From an uncultured bacterium (GTDB lineage Bacteria > Chloroflexota > Dehalococcoidia > Lucifugimonadales > UBA3495): 64,000 nt of DNA. Below are positions 39,468 through 48,796 of the stretch, in pieces. The stretch's first letter is position 1, and every line of letters begins with the position of its first letter. The notes below the pieces were generated by a model that saw only the letters and a program-made list of their open reading frames with translations, made no database searches and was not told the DNA's origin. Where the stretch lies: assembly GCA_963997925.1 (NCBI GenBank), contig CAXEOX010000004.1:1097-65096 (forward strand), read 5' to 3'. A program made the position numbers and the translations under genes.

Positions 39468-40303
39468 GCATCGCCTGCCGCCGAATCCTCCGCCATCGCC
39501 CGCTGTATCTCCGGGTCCAAGCAGATTCCGGGGAAAGCCCCCGTCTCCGAACCGCCAGGTGCTGCCCCATATAACACCCGACCGTCCCTGATGTTTACGC
39601 GGCCATCGGCCACGGCCCGTAGCGTTTCAAACAACAGATAGGGCTCTCTTTGGTATTCGGCCTGCCTAATCATCTGAAACAGGGCAAACTCCTCTCCCAC
39701 TTCCATCGTAACCTTATCCAGATCGCCCTGCTCCGCAGCCAGCCATTGCTCATCGATCTGCGGCCCGGTCAGCGGCACCGTGCAATAGGAAATCAGAGGA
39801 CCTCTGTCCACCTCTTCTGTCGCCAGGTGAATCATAGCGCCCGTCCTATCCGCCCGAGTCTCGATCAAACGCCAAACCACTTCCTGCCAGGTGCCGATGG
39901 GACCGTCGGGAAGCGCAGGATGCAGATTCAGCATCGGATATTGACGGCTCATGGGGCCGCCGACAATCAGCATATATCCGGCCAGCACGCAGATGTCGGG
40001 TTGAAAGCCGCTCAGCAATTCCATCACCCGGCCGTCATATTCGGCGCGATGATCGGCGAAACGCCCCCCCATCTCCCGACGGAACTTGTTGGAAGATAGG
40101 GTAGCCACATTCAATCCGTAATCCCCGGCTAGCTCAAAAAACTGGTCTGAGCCTTCGGTCTCACCAGGCTCCCGGTTGCTGAAAACGAACTGGATGCGGG
40201 CGTCTAGGAGCCCTTTTTCCAACCGGTCCTGAACGAATCTCAACAAACCCTGAGAGCCAGGGCCTCTACCGGTGGAGAACCAGCCGATGTTAAGCATATC
40301 CAC
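39464..40303 (-). CDS. Formyltransferase-family protein (PurN-like)
   Basis: GWFSTGRG..., NLHPALP motif and VDRGP. 279 aa. Its stop codon overlaps the clpX stop in a convergent arrangement (TTAG). Confidence 0.6.
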   Translation of the reverse strand: MDMLNIGWFSTGRGPGSQGLLRFVQDRLEKGLLDARIQFVFSNREPGETEGSDQFFELAGDYGLNVATLSSNKFRREMGGRFADHRAEYDGRVMELLSGFQPDICVLAGYMLIVGGPMSRQYPMLNLHPALPDGPIGTWQEVVWRLIETRADRTGAMIHLATEEVDRGPLISYCTVPLTGPQIDEQWLAAEQGDLDKVTMEVGEEFALFQMIRQAEYQREPYLLFETLRAVADGRVNIRDGRVLYGAAPGGSETGAFPGICLDPEIQRAMAEDSAAGDA

Positions 40304-40325
40304 CCATCATCCAACGCAGCGGAAC

Positions 40326-40595
40326 CTACACTTGCGGGTCCCACTCCTCCTCATCGGAAGCCAGCGCGAAACTGTCTTTAAGGTTGGTGATTTTCAGTTC
40401 AGCCTCGTCCAGCAGTTGGTTGCAACGCCGGACCAAGTTCATGCCTTCTTCGTAGCGAGCAGTGGCGTCGGCAAGGCTCAAGCCGCCGTCGTCCAGAGAC
40501 TCGGCCATTTCATTCAAACGCTGGAACGCCTCTTCAAAGGAGAGGGTTTCCAGGTCTTTCTGGGACTGGGGTTCTTTTGTATCAGCCATATCCAA
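40326..40595 (-). CDS. xseB: Exodeoxyribonuclease VII small subunit
   Basis: 89 aa with SFEEAFQRLNEMAESLDDG.LSL..A...YEEG, typical of XseB. Confidence 0.85.
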   Translation of the reverse strand: MDMADTKEPQSQKDLETLSFEEAFQRLNEMAESLDDGGLSLADATARYEEGMNLVRRCNQLLDEAELKITNLKDSFALASDEEEWDPQV

Positions 40596-40701
40596 GGCCT
40601 CCCAGGCATCACCTGAGAAAGTATATTACTTATGCCGCCCCGTTAGGAGAATCCTACCAGGTCGATCTTGGGGTGGGAAACATTAACGAATTAAGGCGCG
40701 T

Positions 40702-41949
40702 TTAGAGCAAGCGCTCCATCCCAGCGGCGGTGGCGCCAGCCTTTTTTCTCTTAGCCGGTTGGGGTTTGGCAGTCCCGCCCGCAGTGGCCTCAACGATACC
40801 ATCACTGACGGTGATTGAGAGCGAATCGCCAACTTCAACCTGTCCGGCCTTAGTTACGACATCGCCCGCTGTCCCCTTCTGTACCACCGAATAGCCTCGG
40901 CGCAGGGTGGCAACGGGGTCCAGCGTCCGGATCCGGTCCTGCCGGTTTTCGACCTGTAACCGGGTCAACTTCAGCCGGTTGACGAGGGCTATTCCTGCGC
41001 TGCGAGCAACATCATCAACCCGGCGCCGCCAGTTGTTGGTATCGGGCAAGATGCCTTCGAGAATCCCAGACATTCTGGCCACATCGGACCGCCTGGAATC
41101 CGCATGATAGGCCCAGATCCGGTCGAAGTACCCTAAAATCTCATCCAACTGCTGTCTCAGCACATATTGGTCCGGGACCACAATCTCCGCTGCGGCGGAA
41201 GGCGTGGGTGCTCTCAAGTCAGCCACCCGGTCGGAGATGGTGAAGTCGGTTTCATGACCGATGGCACTGACGGTTGGGATGCGGCTGGCATAGATGGCTC
41301 TGGCTACTTCTTCCTCGTTGAAAGGCCACAACTCTTCCAGGGCCCCACCGCCTCGGGCCAGCACTATGACGTCGGCTCGACCGTCCCGGTTGAGACCCTC
41401 TATAGCAGCCACTAACTCACCGGCGGCATTCGGACCCTGAACCAACGATGGAGCAAGCAGAAGCTCCGCCAATGGGTAGCGCCTCCGGAGAACGTTCTGG
41501 ATGTCATGGAGCACGGCGCCCGACGGAGAGGTAACCACGCCAATAACCTTGGGGAACAGGGGCAGAGACCTCTTTCGGGACTGCTCAAACAACCCCTCGG
41601 CTTCCAGGCGCAGGGTCAAGCGTTCCAATTCCAGGGCTAGCTCGCCCACACCAGCGGCCATCGCCAGGTCCACCATGAAGTCGGTGGACCCCCGGGGCTC
41701 GTAGAACTGGAGCCGTCCATGGGCTAGAACTGCGGATCCGCTGGCCAGCAACTCAGCTCCCGGCTGACCGCGAAACATGACGCAGTTAAGTAAGGCTTGG
41801 TCGTCCTTCAAGGAGAAATAGGAGTGTCCAGCGGAAGAAACCCGAAGGTTGGAAACCTCGCCCTCCACCAGCACGTCGGCCAGCAGAGGGTCGTTTTCCA
41901 GAACCTCTTTTACATGTTGCGAGACTTGGCTGACCGTGTAAACAGCCAC
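40702..41949 (-). CDS. xseA: Exodeoxyribonuclease VII large subunit
   Basis: 415 aa with an N-terminal OB fold (YTVSQ...V.GEVSN...SGH.YFSLKD) and RGGGALEEL. Confidence 0.9.
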   Translation of the reverse strand: MAVYTVSQVSQHVKEVLENDPLLADVLVEGEVSNLRVSSAGHSYFSLKDDQALLNCVMFRGQPGAELLASGSAVLAHGRLQFYEPRGSTDFMVDLAMAAGVGELALELERLTLRLEAEGLFEQSRKRSLPLFPKVIGVVTSPSGAVLHDIQNVLRRRYPLAELLLAPSLVQGPNAAGELVAAIEGLNRDGRADVIVLARGGGALEELWPFNEEEVARAIYASRIPTVSAIGHETDFTISDRVADLRAPTPSAAAEIVVPDQYVLRQQLDEILGYFDRIWAYHADSRRSDVARMSGILEGILPDTNNWRRRVDDVARSAGIALVNRLKLTRLQVENRQDRIRTLDPVATLRRGYSVVQKGTAGDVVTKAGQVEVGDSLSITVSDGIVEATAGGTAKPQPAKRKKAGATAAGMERLL

Positions 41950-41953
41950 TAGG

Positions 41954-42523
41954 CTAGCTGCTGACTCGCTCGGTATATTCTCCGGTGCGCGTATCCACTT
42001 TTATTATGTTGCCGGGAGCGATAAACGTCGGCACAGTCACCCGCAGGCCGGTTTCAAGGGTTGCAGGCTTGGTGCCTCCCTGGGCGGTATTTCCCTGGAA
42101 ATTCGGTGGGGTTTCCTTAACTTCCAGATCGACATGGGTCGGAAGATTGAGGCTGATTACTTTCCCTTTGTAAAAGACCGCTTCAACCATCATCTGCTCT
42201 TTCAAGTAATCAAGGGACTTGCCCAATTGGGCCGAGTCCAAATCATATTGGTCGAACGTCTCTTGGTCCAGGAAGTAGTAGTAATCCCCGTCGGTGTACA
42301 TATACTGGGTCGGCCGGTTCTCGATGTCAGCCGCGGAGAACGAGGTATCGTATCGCTGGAAAGTCTTTTCTACAACCGCACCGGTCAACAGATTCTTCAT
42401 CTTTAATCTGGTAACCGGAGCGCGCTGCTGCATCTTGTGGCGTTCGTAATCCATGATTTGCCAGGGCGCGTCTTCGAATTCGATGACGGTGCCCTTGCTT
42501 AGGTTGCTAAAGTTGATGCTCAT
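41954..42523 (-). CDS. efp: Elongation factor P, with a non-canonical tip loop KMQQRAP
   Basis: 189 aa that aligns end to end with EF-P (..KNLLTG...EKTF...PATLETG...VDTRTGEY..RV). Confidence 0.9.
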   Translation of the reverse strand: MSINFSNLSKGTVIEFEDAPWQIMDYERHKMQQRAPVTRLKMKNLLTGAVVEKTFQRYDTSFSAADIENRPTQYMYTDGDYYYFLDQETFDQYDLDSAQLGKSLDYLKEQMMVEAVFYKGKVISLNLPTHVDLEVKETPPNFQGNTAQGGTKPATLETGLRVTVPTFIAPGNIIKVDTRTGEYTERVSS

Positions 42524-42592
42524 TCGAACCTTCCTCCCATTCGCCTGCCTTCAACCGATAACTGACAGCTATTAACCAACGACTGAGCCCGC

Positions 42593-43660
42593 CTACTTGG
42601 AGGCTTTGCTCAGTACTTTTGCTCCACCAGCTTCCAAAACGACGATATCTTCGATCCGTACACCGCCCCAACCGGGTAGATAGATGCCCGGCTCGACCGT
42701 GAAGACCATGTTCGGCTCCAAGGTATCCTGGGACCGTGGGCCCACGCCGGGCCTCTCATGGACCTTTAAACCGACGCCATGGCCCAGACTATGGCCGAAG
42801 TTGTCTCCGTAGCCAGCATCTGAGATGACCATGCGGGATAAACCGTCGCAATCTTCGCCGGTCATGCCCGATCTTACGGTGTTGATGGCGATGAGTTGCG
42901 CTCCCAGCACGATGTCATAAATCTTGTTGAAAGTCTCATCGGGTTCCCCCACCACCACTGTTCGGGTAATGTCTGAGCAATACCCGTCAGCTATGGCCCC
43001 CATGTCGATGACTATGGGTTCACCCGCTTGAATAGGCCGGTCCGACGGCATGTGATGGGCCATCGCTCCATTAGGACCGGAGGCCACGATGGTTTCGAAA
43101 CTCAGACCGTCGGCGCCGGACTCCCGCATCGCCTTTTCCATGCGCCAGGCGACTTCCTTCTCGGTCATTCCCACTTTAATCGTGGGGCAAACAGCTTCCA
43201 TCGCTGCATCCGAGGCATCGATAGCCTTCTGCAGCAATGCAATCTCTTGGCCGTCTTTTATAACCCGATGCTCTTCAGCGATGCCAGAGGCCGCTACTAG
43301 CGAGACTTTGCCGAGGTTCCCGTCCTGCTTCAGCGCATCCAGGATGCTGTCATAGTTCGCGACAGTCATGTGACGATTCTCGAATCCAACACGTTGAATC
43401 CCGGACTCTTTGAGGTGCTCCAGCAGCCAGTCCCAGCCGCCCCTCACCTCAATGACTTGAAATCCGGGAGCTTGACCGGCGGCCTGCTCGGTGTAGCGGG
43501 AATCGGTGAATAACGTCGCTTGGGCGGAGGTGATTAGCAGATATCCAGCGGACCCGGTGAATCCTGAAAGATAGCGGCGGTTTTCCGGAGCGGAAATCAG
43601 CATTGCGTCCAGATTTCTCTCGGGCAACTGGCTCGCCAATCGCTCCAAGCGCTCGCTCAT
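42593..43660 (-). CDS. M24-family Xaa-Pro aminopeptidase/dipeptidase
   Basis: ATG 43660 (MSERLERL...) overlaps the aroQ stop by 1 nt. The metal ligands follow the pattern DMGA...D..RT...HGLGH...EPG...RIED. The ORF track opens earlier, at 43780. Confidence 0.85.
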   Translation of the reverse strand: MSERLERLASQLPERNLDAMLISAPENRRYLSGFTGSAGYLLITSAQATLFTDSRYTEQAAGQAPGFQVIEVRGGWDWLLEHLKESGIQRVGFENRHMTVANYDSILDALKQDGNLGKVSLVAASGIAEEHRVIKDGQEIALLQKAIDASDAAMEAVCPTIKVGMTEKEVAWRMEKAMRESGADGLSFETIVASGPNGAMAHHMPSDRPIQAGEPIVIDMGAIADGYCSDITRTVVVGEPDETFNKIYDIVLGAQLIAINTVRSGMTGEDCDGLSRMVISDAGYGDNFGHSLGHGVGLKVHERPGVGPRSQDTLEPNMVFTVEPGIYLPGWGGVRIEDIVVLEAGGAKVLSKASK

Positions 43661-44106
43661 TACGCTGCCTCTTCCTTGATTATCGCCGCAAGAATGTCCA
43701 GAGCCGCAGTATAGCCTCTCCAACCAAAGCCCGCAATCTGGCCTCGGGCGATGTCGGTTACGACCGAATGACGCCGCCATTCGTCCCTTGCGTAGGGATT
43801 ACTCAAGTGGACCTCGATTATCGGCACACCAGAGTCTATGAGGCCATCCTTCAAAGTGTAGCTGTAATGGGTTAGCGCACCGGGGTTGATGATGATTCCC
43901 TGGATAGTACCAAAATGTTCCTGGATGCAATCAACCAAGTGGCCTTCGACGTTGGATTGGAAGAACGTAACTTCCACACCAAGTTCATCAGCCAGCTGTG
44001 ACACCTTGCTATTAACGTCATCCAACGTCATAGCGCCGTAGAACCCGATGTCACGGCGGCCAAGGGCGTTGAGGTTGGGTCCGTTCAACACCAGGAACTT
44101 AGTCAT
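43660..44106 (-). CDS. aroQ: Type II 3-dehydroquinate dehydratase
   Basis: MTKFLVLNGPNLN..LG.R....YG...HLSN. ATG 44106 is preferred; ATG 44121 is an alternative. Confidence 0.9.
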   Translation of the reverse strand: MTKFLVLNGPNLNALGRRDIGFYGAMTLDDVNSKVSQLADELGVEVTFFQSNVEGHLVDCIQEHFGTIQGIIINPGALTHYSYTLKDGLIDSGVPIIEVHLSNPYARDEWRRHSVVTDIARGQIAGFGWRGYTAALDILAAIIKEEAA

Positions 44107-45094
44107 CGGAGTCGACTCCATCCCTCGCCGATGAAACGGGAGGCAGGTCGGAGCGGGGGTGGTTGGTCAGATAAGCAGAAAGAGCCTCTTGCTTGGTGAC
44201 GTGGGTATATATCTGAGTGGTACTGGGGCTAGAATGGCCCAGCAACTCCTGAATCACCCGTAGGTCCGCGCCGCCTTCCAGCATATGGGTAGCAAATGTG
44301 TGGCGCAGGGTATGCGGATGGACCCCCAGAGTAGTCTGTGCCTCAACTCCGTAACGCTCAACCAGTTTCTCCATACTACGTCGGGAGAGCCTGGCGCCGT
44401 AACGGTTCAAGAACAAAGCCGATTCGGTACGTACCGCCAGGTGGGGTCTACCTTCGTCCAAGTAGCGTCGCAATGCGGAGGCGGCGGGTTGACCGAACAG
44501 CACCCATCTTTCTTTAGAGCCCTTGCCCCGGACGAGAATCTCTCGACTGGTGAAGTTAACGTTGGGCAGGTCCATGGTCTGTATCTCGCCCAGGCGCACG
44601 CCGCAGGAATAAAGCACTTCCAGGATCGCACGGTCCCGCAGACCCAGCGGTGCTGAATCATCGGGGGCATCCAACAGCCGAGCTACATCCCGCTGTCCCA
44701 GAAAACTTGGAAGGGGCTTCTCAACCTTCACGCGGTAGCTCCGGCCCGACGGCACGGGGCTGGCTTTGAACAACTTCTGCTGCACCAGGAAAAGGTAGAA
44801 GGAGCGCAGGACCGTTAGCTTGCGGGCGATACTGACCCGAGCATAGCCTTTACCATCCAGGGCATCTGTGGCCAGCCAGGCCATGTATCCCCGGAGCATC
44901 GGACGGTCCATAGTTTCTAGGGTTGCCTCTTCCAAGCGGAGATAATGACGGAAGGACCCGATGTCGTCCAGGTAGATCCGGACAGTGTTTTCCGACAGCC
45001 CCCGCTGTCCTCGAAGGTAGTCCGGATAACGTTCTACCAAATCATCGAAGCGGGCCAACTCGGCGGAAATCGAGGCGCCACCGTCAATCGCCAA
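44099..45094 (-). CDS. Tyrosine recombinase, XerC/XerD type
   Basis: Catalytic pattern R...HTLRHTFATH...LGHSS..TTQIYTH. TTG start. It lies in the dprA-topA-xer context. Confidence 0.85.
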   Translation of the reverse strand: MAIDGGASISAELARFDDLVERYPDYLRGQRGLSENTVRIYLDDIGSFRHYLRLEEATLETMDRPMLRGYMAWLATDALDGKGYARVSIARKLTVLRSFYLFLVQQKLFKASPVPSGRSYRVKVEKPLPSFLGQRDVARLLDAPDDSAPLGLRDRAILEVLYSCGVRLGEIQTMDLPNVNFTSREILVRGKGSKERWVLFGQPAASALRRYLDEGRPHLAVRTESALFLNRYGARLSRRSMEKLVERYGVEAQTTLGVHPHTLRHTFATHMLEGGADLRVIQELLGHSSPSTTQIYTHVTKQEALSAYLTNHPRSDLPPVSSARDGVDSDD

Positions 45095-47348
45095 CTGGCG
45101 TCAACTCCGATGTCTGATCCGGGGCCGGCTCAAGAATTGCCTCACGCCAATCGCAATTGGTGCAGGAAAGCATGTCCCGTCCTTGCTGGACCATCATGCC
45201 ACTACACTCTGGGCAAGGAGTCGGCACCGGACGCTGATTGCTGATGAAGTCGCAATCCGGGTAGCGGGAACAACCGAAGAACGGACGCCGGCCACGGGCC
45301 CGCCGCTCAACAATCTCTCCGGTGCAGTCGGGTTTCGGACAATGCACGCCAACCTTATTCAAGATTGGCTTGGTCGTACGGCAATCTGGGAATCCGGTGC
45401 AGGCCAAGAACCGGCCAAACCGCCCGGTCTTGATGACCATGGGCTTGCTGCAGGTGTCGCAGACCTCGTCGGTCTCTTCTTCCACCTTGGTTCGGGGCAT
45501 GGATTCTTCGGCTTTTGCCAGCGCCTTCCCAAAGGGGTCGTAGAACTCGCCCAACATGGGGACCCATTCGCGTTCCCCACGGGACACCTCATCCAGCCCC
45601 TCTTCCATCTTCGCAGTGAAATCAGGGTCCATCACTTCAGTGAAGTACTCAAGCAGCAGTTCCGTGACTGTGGAACCCAGAACGGACGGCACCAGACGGT
45701 TCTGCTCCTTGGTTACATAGTGCCGGTCCAACAGTGTTCCCACGGTTGGAGCATACGTGCTGGGACGACCGATACCCTTCTCTTCCATGGCCTTGATCAA
45801 CGTGGCCTCAGTATATCTGGGCGGCGGTTGAGTGAAGTGCTGCAATGCCTCCAGCTTCCGGCATCCCAAGCCATCGCCAGCCTCTAACACAGGCAGAGAT
45901 TGGCGTCCATCATCCGTCTCTTCTTCGTCCAGGCTTTCCATGTAGACCGCCCGGAAGCCGGGGAATTTCAATACCGATCCGGTGGAACGGAACATATAGA
46001 CCTTTGATGTGCCTTTGCAGGTTGCATCGATATCCACCGTGGTGGCTTCGGTTCTGGCGTCAGCCATCTGGCTGGCAACCATCCTCTTCCATATAAGTTC
46101 GTACAGGTTCAGCTGAGGACGGCTGAGATAGGCCTTTACCGAGTCTGGAGTACGCCTGATGGACGTAGGCCGGATCGCCTCGTGGGCTTCCTGCGCCGAC
46201 TTAGCTTTGGTCGTAAATACCCGTGGCTTATCCGGTACGTAGTCCTTGCCGTAAGCTTCGGTGATGTACCCCCGCGTCTCGCTGATTGCGGAAGTCGCTA
46301 CTTGAACGGAGTCGGTCCTCATGTAGGTGATTAGACCCACTGATTCCCCGCCGCCCACGGTAAGACCTTCGTAAAGCTCCTGGGCCACGGACATGGTCTG
46401 CCTAGGGGTCCGGCGTAATTTCCGCCCAGCCTCTTGCTGGAGGGTGCTGGTGGTGAACGGAGCGGTGGGCCGTTGGCGAACTTCCCGCTTCCGAACGTTT
46501 GACACTGCGTAGGCCGCGTCCTTCAACTCGGCCTCATATCCGCGAGCGTCATCCTCTTTGGCGATGGACAAACGGCCCTTTGCGCCTTTCACCGAGTGCA
46601 ATACGCCGGAGAAAAGATTGGGCTTAGTGGCCGGACTTTTCTCTTTGTGCAGTTCGGCTTCCAGGGTCCACGACTCGACGGGAACGAAGACCTTAATCTC
46701 ATTCTCCCGGTCGACCACCATTCTCAGAGAAACCGATTGTACCCGGCCAGCAGATAGTCCCCGCTGTACCCGGCGCCATAGCAATGGGCTGATCTGATAG
46801 CCTACTAGCCGGTCGAGGATCCGCCGGGCTTGCTGGGCATTGACCAGCTCCATGTCAATCTCGCGGGGATTATTGAAGGCTTCTTCCACGGCTTCCTTAG
46901 TAATCTCGTGGAAAACCACCCTCTTGGGAGGGTCAGGCCTCTCGTCCCACTTCGCCGCCGTTTGCAGGTGCCAGGAGATAGCCTCACCTTCCCGGTCCGG
47001 GTCTGTGGCCAGATATATCTTGGAGGCCTGATCGCCGGCCTTTTTTAACTCGCTGAGGATGGACCGCTTGTCCCGCATGATTACGTAGGATGGTTCGAAC
47101 TCGTTTTCTATATCCACCCCAATCTTGCTTTTCGGCAGATCCCTCACGTGACCTTGGGAAGCAATAACCACGTACTTGTTGCCCAACATCTGGCCAACCG
47201 TGCGGGCTTTGGCCGGAGACTCAACTATCACCAGTTGTTTACCCGCCGTTTTCCGAACAGCAGTACCTTTCTTAGTAGACTTGGCAGTCGATTTCCGGGT
47301 ACCTGCTTTGGTAGTACGTGTTTTCGTGGTTTTGGCCTTAGTTACCAT
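45084..47348 (-). CDS. topA: DNA topoisomerase I, with a Lys/Thr-rich N-terminal tail and C-terminal Zn ribbons
   Basis: LVIVESPAKA TOPRIM start, an active-site region and several CxxC...CxxC fingers. ATG 47348 is preceded by GGGAGG. The ORF track start at 47378 lies inside dprA. Confidence 0.9.
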   Translation of the reverse strand: MVTKAKTTKTRTTKAGTRKSTAKSTKKGTAVRKTAGKQLVIVESPAKARTVGQMLGNKYVVIASQGHVRDLPKSKIGVDIENEFEPSYVIMRDKRSILSELKKAGDQASKIYLATDPDREGEAISWHLQTAAKWDERPDPPKRVVFHEITKEAVEEAFNNPREIDMELVNAQQARRILDRLVGYQISPLLWRRVQRGLSAGRVQSVSLRMVVDRENEIKVFVPVESWTLEAELHKEKSPATKPNLFSGVLHSVKGAKGRLSIAKEDDARGYEAELKDAAYAVSNVRKREVRQRPTAPFTTSTLQQEAGRKLRRTPRQTMSVAQELYEGLTVGGGESVGLITYMRTDSVQVATSAISETRGYITEAYGKDYVPDKPRVFTTKAKSAQEAHEAIRPTSIRRTPDSVKAYLSRPQLNLYELIWKRMVASQMADARTEATTVDIDATCKGTSKVYMFRSTGSVLKFPGFRAVYMESLDEEETDDGRQSLPVLEAGDGLGCRKLEALQHFTQPPPRYTEATLIKAMEEKGIGRPSTYAPTVGTLLDRHYVTKEQNRLVPSVLGSTVTELLLEYFTEVMDPDFTAKMEEGLDEVSRGEREWVPMLGEFYDPFGKALAKAEESMPRTKVEEETDEVCDTCSKPMVIKTGRFGRFLACTGFPDCRTTKPILNKVGVHCPKPDCTGEIVERRARGRRPFFGCSRYPDCDFISNQRPVPTPCPECSGMMVQQGRDMLSCTNCDWREAILEPAPDQTSELTPVGD

Positions 47349-48447
47349 AGACTTGGGATACCTCCCGTAAACGGACATAGTGCATGCAACCCACTTGCCG
47401 CACTTGGCCTTTCAATTCCAGCATGGTAAGCATGCTGCTAACAGACGCGATCGGGATGTCGGCGCTTCTTCTAATGTCGTCGATATGCCGTGGCTCATCG
47501 TTCAGATAGGCCAGCAAGACCGACTCAGCGTCGTCATCCGCCTCCACCGGCAATGGCATCGGAACTTGCCGCGCCACGGTCGTCAGGTTCAACTCTTCCA
47601 GAATATCGGTGACGTTGGATACCAGCTTAGCCCCCTCCTGAATCAACCGGTTGGTCAACCGGCTCATGGGAGAGTAGATACTGCCGGGTACGCAGAACAC
47701 TTCCCGGTTCTGCTCCAACGCATGATACACGGTCCAACGGGCGCCGCTGCCTTCTCCGGCTTCGATGACCAGAGAACCCAGGCTGATGCCGCTAATCAAA
47801 CGGTTCCGCCGGGGAAAGCTCCGAGGGTCGGGTCTGACTCCCGGAGGATATTCGCTGACGATGGCCCCATGGTCCATGATTTGTTGCGCAAGATTAGTGT
47901 GTTCCCTGGGATAGATTATGTCCATACCATTAGCCAGAACAGCTATGGTCCGCCCCCCGTTCTCAAGGGTCGCCCGATGGGCCACCCCATCGACGCCCCG
48001 GGCCAGGCCACTGATTATAGCGATGTCATTCCGGGCCAATTCGGCGGTCAAGCCAGCCGTGGCTTCTCTTCCATATGACGTCGGCCCCCTAGTCCCAACC
48101 ACCGCTACGGATCTTTCGTCCGACGGCAACAAGGTGCCTTTATAATAGAGGACCGGCGGCGGGTCTGCGATTTCCTTCAAGCGCGCCGGATAATCGTCAT
48201 CGTGCTAGGTGACCAGGTTGATTCCGGCAAGCTTAAGCTTTTCAAGCTCGGCGTCCGGCGTAGTCTGGCTTCTGAGGGCTATCAAATCCCTTGCGGTCCG
48301 GTCGTCAAGACCAGCCTCTTTGAACTCAGATAATCCGGCATGCCATACCCTTTCCAGGTCGCCGAAGTAAGCCTCCAGCCTGCGAAACCTCACCGTTCCG
48401 AGCCTGGGCACACGTTTCAACGCCTCCCAATATTTTACGTCAACCAT
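47338..48447 (-). pseudogene. dprA: DNA-processing protein DprA/Smf interrupted by one in-frame TAG (48205-48207)
   Basis: The 80-aa N-terminal ORF and the 280-aa core ORF share a frame. Reading across the stop gives ...GINLVT*HDDDYPARLKEIADPPPVLYYKG.... The core has VAVVGTRGPTSYG and GLARGVDG motifs. Confidence 0.8.
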
Positions 48448-48505
48448 GAAATCGATTCTAGCATACCGTCGAAGTTTGAAACAACGCTGCCAGGGTCATC
48501 TTAAT

Positions 48506-48534
48506 TGACATTAGACCGTGCCTGATGTAATATT
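48506..48534 (+). promoter_or_regulatory. Predicted sigma-70 promoter for the oxidoreductase operon
   Basis: TTGACA (48506-48511), 17-nt spacer, TAATAT (48529-48534). This implies a leader of roughly 255 nt. Confidence 0.5.
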
Positions 48535-48796
48535 CGTATCGCTACTTTTGATATGAATAACAACCCTAAAAGGTTGTTTACGCTTAGGCCTACGGCTCCA
48601 CAGGACAGAGGTTTATTTGAGCTTCTGAAGATGCCATGGCCTTGCTCCGAACAATCATCATGACAGCCGCCACAACATTCCTATATATCCCAGTGGTGCC
48701 GCTCCTTTCCTCTCGAACGACCCCTGAGTCTTCTTGCGCCGCCCGGCACAACCTTAAAATCCTATCGACACGATACTAGCCCTGGGAGAATTACAC

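Noticed and set aside
44099-45094. The tyrosine recombinase as a marker of an integrated mobile element.
   Set aside because: It sits in the conserved housekeeping dprA-topA-xerC arrangement, with overlapping gene boundaries. There are no flanking repeats or phage/plasmid genes.
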